From Acidobacteria bacterium UBA2161 (lineage in GTDB: Bacteria > Acidobacteriota > Vicinamibacteria > Vicinamibacterales > UBA823): DNA of 64,000 nucleotides. Numbering within the stretch: the stretch's first letter is position 1; the number at the start of each line of letters is the position of its first letter. The notes under the pieces were generated by a model. That model worked only from the letters and a program-made list of their open reading frames with translations, searched no databases and had not been told where the DNA came from. Of this stretch, positions 59,775 through 64,000 are shown in pieces. The DNA lies in assembly GCA_002328835.1 (NCBI GenBank), contig DCWN01000044.1:60590-124589 (forward strand). The letters run 5' to 3'. The translations under genes and the position numbers were made by a program.

Positions 59775-61123
59775 GCGGCGCGACGATGACCGAGGCGTCG
59801 GCGGCCTACGACGGCTACCAGGCTGACTTCGAGCGCCTCCAAGGCGGTGCAGATGCGGCGGGGGTTCCCGCGGCGGTGATCTCGCTCCGCCAGGACGCGA
59901 TGGCGCACTTCAGCCGCCTCGGGTTTCCGACGACGCGACTCGAAGACTGGCGGTTCACCAACGTCGCGCCGATTGCCAGCCGTGCCTACGCGCTGGGGAA
60001 TCCGGCCGAGATCGACGGCGCCCAAGCGGGGCGCCTTCTCGTTCCCGACCTGCCGGGGCCGCGGCTCGTGTTCGTGAACGGGCGATTCGCACCGTCGCTC
60101 TCGTCGGTCGGCGCGGTGCCGGCCGGCGTGGAGGTCCGCAGCCTCGGCGACACGCTGGCGGCCGGCCTGGAGGGTGTGGCGCCGCACCTGGTCAGCCTGG
60201 CGGGCGTGCCCGAGCAGCCGTTCTCGGCGCTCAACACCGCGTTCCTGCAGGACGGCGCCCTGATCAAGGTGGCGGAGGGCGTGGTCCTCGACGCTCCAGT
60301 ACAGGTCCTGTTCGTGTCGACCGCGCAAGGCGAGGCCGTTGTCACCCATCCGCGCGTCCTCGTGATCGCCGAGGCCAACAGCCAGTTCGGCGTCATCGAG
60401 AGCTACGCCGGATTGCGAGACGCGGAGTACTTCACGAACGCGGTCACCGAGATTGACGCCGGCGCGGGTAGCGTCGTGACCCACGCGAAGGTGCTGCGCG
60501 AGAGTCTCCAGGCGTATCACGTGGCCAGCCTCCAGGCTCGCCTCGATCGAAGTGCGGTCGTCACGTCGACGTCCGTCACGTTGGGCGGCGCGTTGGTGCG
60601 CAACGATGTCGGTGCAGTGCTGAACGGTGAGGGTGCGGAGTGCACGCTGAACGGCCTCTACGTGGCGGGGCGGAACCAGCTGATCGACAACCACACGACG
60701 ATCGACCACGCGTCGCCGCACTGCGACAGTCACGAGCTCTACAAGGGGATCCTCGATGGCGACGGCCGGGCCGTGTTCAACGGCAAGATCATCGTGCGCC
60801 TGGACGCGCAGAAGACTGACGCGAAGCAGTCGAACAAGGCGTTGCTCCTGTCGGAACGGGCGCAGGTGAACACGAAACCGCAGTTGGAGATTCTCGCCGA
60901 CGATGTGAAGTGCACGCATGGCGCCACGGTCGGGCAGCTCGATAACGACGCGCTGTTCTACCTGCGGGCGCGTGGCCTCGGCCTGGAGCACGCGCGGCGG
61001 ATGCTGATTGACGCATTTGCCACCGACGTGCTCGACCGGCTCGGGTACGCGCCACTCAGGACCCAGCTCGACCGCGCCCTGCTGGAGCGGCTGCCGGCTG
61101 CGGCGGATGAGGTGCCGGCATGA
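59771..61123 (+). CDS. sufD: Fe-S cluster assembly protein SufD
   Basis: EDWRFT, FNGKI, KPQLEILADDVKCTHGATVG, FYLRARG. Confidence 0.95.
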   Translation: MSGATMTEASAAYDGYQADFERLQGGADAAGVPAAVISLRQDAMAHFSRLGFPTTRLEDWRFTNVAPIASRAYALGNPAEIDGAQAGRLLVPDLPGPRLVFVNGRFAPSLSSVGAVPAGVEVRSLGDTLAAGLEGVAPHLVSLAGVPEQPFSALNTAFLQDGALIKVAEGVVLDAPVQVLFVSTAQGEAVVTHPRVLVIAEANSQFGVIESYAGLRDAEYFTNAVTEIDAGAGSVVTHAKVLRESLQAYHVASLQARLDRSAVVTSTSVTLGGALVRNDVGAVLNGEGAECTLNGLYVAGRNQLIDNHTTIDHASPHCDSHELYKGILDGDGRAVFNGKIIVRLDAQKTDAKQSNKALLLSERAQVNTKPQLEILADDVKCTHGATVGQLDNDALFYLRARGLGLEHARRMLIDAFATDVLDRLGYAPLRTQLDRALLERLPAAADEVPA

Positions 61124-62373
61124 GCCAGGCAGCCACTCCGACTGCGGCGCCGCCGCGGTTCGACGTCACCCGGGTCCGCAAGGAGTTCCCGATTCTCGGG
61201 CGCAAGGTGCACGGCCAGCCGCTGGTCTATCTCGACAATGCGGCGACGACCCAGAAGCCACGCGTGGTCCTCGATGCGCTGGTCCGGTACTACACGGAAC
61301 ACAACGCGAACATCCATCGTGGTGTGCACTACCTGAGCGAGACGGCCACCCAGGCACACGAGGCCGCCCGTCGCACGGTCCAGCGGTTCGTGAACGCGCG
61401 CGACGCGCGGGAGATCGTCTTCACGCGCAACGCCACCGAAGGGATCAATCTGGTGGCCCACAGCTTCGGGCAGGCCCATGTCCGTGAGGGCGACGAGATC
61501 GTCATCACGGGAATGGAGCATCACTCGAACATCGTGCCGTGGCAACTGCTGTGCGAACGGACCGGCGCGCGCCTGCGCGTGGCGCCGATCACCGACGAGG
61601 GCGAGCTGGTTTGGGAGGAGGTCGAGCGTCTGATCGGCCCCCGCACCAAGATAGTTGCGGTCGTGCACCTGTCGAATTCGCTCGGGACGGTGAACCCCGT
61701 CGAGCGGATCGTCGAGTTGGCCCATCAGCACGACGCAGCGGTGCTGGTCGACGGCGCGCAGTCGGCCTATCACCTGCCGGTCGACGTCCAGGCGATGGAT
61801 TGCGACTTCTACGTCGCCACCGGGCACAAACTCTACGGGCCGACCGGTATCGGCCTGCTATACGGCAAGGCCGAGCGTCTCGAGCAGATGCCACCCTACC
61901 AGGGCGGGGGCGACATGATCAGCTCGGTGACGTTCGAGAAGACGACCTACAACGAATTGCCGTACAAGTTCGAGGCCGGCACGCCGCACATCGCCGGGGC
62001 CATCGGGCTGGCCGCCGCCATCGACTACCTGACCGGCGTGGGGCTCGACCAGGTGGCGGCCCACGAGCGGGACCTGCTGGCCTACGGCACGTCGGCCCTA
62101 CGGCAGATCCCCGGACTGCGGTTGGTCGGCACCGCCACGAACAAGGCGAGCATTCTGTCGTTTGTGATGGACGGCGTGCACCCGCACGATGTCGGGACGA
62201 TCGTCGACCGGATGGGCGTGGCCATTCGCACCGGACACCATTGCACTCAGCCGGTCATGGACCGGATGGGCATTTCAGCGACGGCGCGTGCGTCGCTCGC
62301 GATGTACAGCACCCGCGACGACATCGACACCTTGGTGGCGGCGGTCGGGCGGGCGCGTGAGGTGTTCGCGTGA
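61120..62373 (+). CDS. sufS: Cysteine desulfurase SufS
   Basis: YLDNAATTQKP, EHHSN, DGAQ, GHK, RTGHHC. Confidence 0.96.
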   Translation: MSQAATPTAAPPRFDVTRVRKEFPILGRKVHGQPLVYLDNAATTQKPRVVLDALVRYYTEHNANIHRGVHYLSETATQAHEAARRTVQRFVNARDAREIVFTRNATEGINLVAHSFGQAHVREGDEIVITGMEHHSNIVPWQLLCERTGARLRVAPITDEGELVWEEVERLIGPRTKIVAVVHLSNSLGTVNPVERIVELAHQHDAAVLVDGAQSAYHLPVDVQAMDCDFYVATGHKLYGPTGIGLLYGKAERLEQMPPYQGGGDMISSVTFEKTTYNELPYKFEAGTPHIAGAIGLAAAIDYLTGVGLDQVAAHERDLLAYGTSALRQIPGLRLVGTATNKASILSFVMDGVHPHDVGTIVDRMGVAIRTGHHCTQPVMDRMGISATARASLAMYSTRDDIDTLVAAVGRAREVFA

Positions 62374-62825
62374 TGTTCGACCTGCGCGACCTCTATCAAG
62401 AGGTTATTCTCGATCACAACAAGCGCCCGCGGAACTTCGGTCAGCTGGCGCGACCCGACCGGCGCGCGGAGGGCTACAATCCGCTGTGCGGCGACCAGCT
62501 CACGCTTCAGATCGAGCTCGACGGCGAGGTGATTCGCGATGTGGCGTTCGATGGAAGCGGCTGCGCGATCTCCAAGGCTTCGGCGTCGCTCATGACCGAA
62601 AGTGTCAAGGGCAAGACGCTCGACGAGGTTCGCACCCTGTTCGAGAAGTTTCAGGAGATGGTCACGGCGGACGCTGAGGTCGAGCCCGACACTGACGCGT
62701 TGGGCAAGCTGTCGGTCTTTGCCGGGGTCCGGGCCTACCCGGCCCGGGTCAAGTGCGCTGTCCTGGCCTGGCACACGCTGCGCTCGGCCGTCGAGGGTGC
62801 CGACGATGTCGCAACGACGGAGTAA
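62370..62825 (+). CDS. sufU: SUF system NifU-family protein SufU
   Basis: LYQEVILDH, NPLCGD, GCAIS, RVKC. Confidence 0.95.
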   Translation: MMFDLRDLYQEVILDHNKRPRNFGQLARPDRRAEGYNPLCGDQLTLQIELDGEVIRDVAFDGSGCAISKASASLMTESVKGKTLDEVRTLFEKFQEMVTADAEVEPDTDALGKLSVFAGVRAYPARVKCAVLAWHTLRSAVEGADDVATTE

Positions 62826-63301
62826 TGATGGGCATTCTCAACCTGAACCCTGACCCGCCGCCACCGAAGGCGCGCACTCCCGCTGCCGGTGGGAACCCAT
62901 CTCCGCAGACTGCAGGCGTCGGCGACGGACCGGGCGACGCGGCTTCTCCGGTCCCTGGCCAGCCGACCAAGCCGCTCGTGAGCGACCCGGTGGCGACACT
63001 CAAGTTCAAGCCCCGGGTCCTCGAGGTGCTCGCGACCGTGTTCGATCCGGAGATCCCGGTCAATATCTACGAGCTCGGATTGATCTACGACGTCGTGGTC
63101 GATGCCGACCATGCCGTGCGCGTCATGATGACGCTGACCGCGCCGAACTGCCCGGCCGCGCAGATTCTTCCCGGTGAAGTCAAGACGAAGGTTGCGGCGG
63201 TCGAAGGCGTGACCGACGCGAGCGTCGAGGTCGTGTGGGAGCCGGCCTGGACGCCAGAGCGGATGTCGGACGCCGCGAAGCTCCAGCTCGGAATGCTCTG
63301 A
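62825..63301 (+). CDS. sufT: DUF59 / SufT Fe-S assembly protein
   Basis: DPEIPVNIYELGLIY, TLTAPNCP, WEPAWT. Confidence 0.9.
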   Translation: MMGILNLNPDPPPPKARTPAAGGNPSPQTAGVGDGPGDAASPVPGQPTKPLVSDPVATLKFKPRVLEVLATVFDPEIPVNIYELGLIYDVVVDADHAVRVMMTLTAPNCPAAQILPGEVKTKVAAVEGVTDASVEVVWEPAWTPERMSDAAKLQLGML

Positions 63302-63377
63302 CGTCGCGCGGGGCCTCCAAGCGGAGCGAGTGAGCCGTCCCGCGATGGGGCGGACCGCAGGATCGCCTTCCCTATCC

Positions 63378-64000
63378 CTACGCAACCACGCAGTTTCGGC
63401 CGCGCGTCTTGGCCTCGCCGACCGCGCGGTTCGCGGCGGCCACCAGTTCCAACTCTTCCCAGCTCGAATCGAGCGCCGGCGTCGTGCTGGCGACCGCCAC
63501 GCTGACCGTCACATTCTTGTGGGCGAGCGACCGCGGGTGCGGCAGTTCGAGTTCCTCGATCGCCGAGCGCAGCTTGTAGGCCACTCGGAACGCGCCTTGC
63601 TGATCCGTGCGCGCCAGGAGCACCGCGAATTCCTCGCCCCCGTAGCGCGCGACCAGGTCTCCGGGGCGGCCGATCAAGTCGGCCAGCTTGGCGCCGACGG
63701 TCGACAGGCACTCGTCGCCCTTCTGGTGACCGAACTCCTCGTTGTACTCGGTGAAATGGTCGATATCGAGGATGACGACCGAGATCGGCGAGGCTTCGCG
63801 GAGCGCGCGCCGCCATTCACCGCGCAGCGAGTCCTGAAAATTCCCGTGGTTGGGCAGGCCGGTCACCGAGTCGCGCACGGCCAACTGCTTCAGCGACGTC
63901 TCGGCATCGGCGAGCGCGGCCTCCTCGCCTTCCAGCCGTTCCGTCAGCTCGCGGACGCGGGCGCTCAGGTCGACGACGAGGTCGCGTTGCCGCTGGACGG
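63378..64000 (-). CDS. Diguanylate cyclase (GGDEF), 5' part beyond the window edge
   Basis: DSVTGLPN, DIDHF, GHQKGD, RPGD I-site, RYGGEEF; frame open to the edge with a coiled-coil-like stretch. Confidence 0.9.
   Translation of the reverse strand, partial: VQRQRDLVVDLSARVRELTERLEGEEAALADAETSLKQLAVRDSVTGLPNHGNFQDSLRGEWRRALREASPISVVILDIDHFTEYNEEFGHQKGDECLSTVGAKLADLIGRPGDLVARYGGEEFAVLLARTDQQGAFRVAYKLRSAIEELELPHPRSLAHKNVTVSVAVASTTPALDSSWEELELVAAANRAVGEAKTRGRNCVVA

Overview
High-GC (roughly 70% by eye) bacterial chromosomal segment. The gene content (conserved small hypotheticals, TamB-Omp85 fusion, GGGGTCCCCGCG...GGGGCGAAGCCCC intergenic repeats) suggests Acidobacteriota/Vicinamibacteria, which is inference. 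About 53 CDSs, mostly housekeeping and catabolic: DsbD; M1, M16 and PepT peptidases; a 2-oxoacid dehydrogenase E1a/E1b/E2 cluster; a VapBC toxin-antitoxin pair; an aromatic-acyl-CoA cluster; a radical SAM/SPASM protein; clpSA; a UPF0182 protein; glycerate kinase; a Cu(I) P-type ATPase; a Na+/solute symporter; the sufBCDSUT operon; and a truncated GGDEF gene. No rRNA, tRNA, CRISPR array, integrase or transposase was recognised. Most notable: (1) a three-gene Rieske / b6-type cytochrome b / HAO-family octaheme cytochrome c operon; (2) a 2241-aa single-chain TamB + 5xPOTRA + Omp85 barrel fusion; (3) two non-coding repeat families, one an 85-bp element with a conserved stem and variable core that flanks the fusion gene; (4) unannotated small ORFs and apparent leaderless or bidirectional promoters. 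All calls come from motif reading only; no database searches were run.
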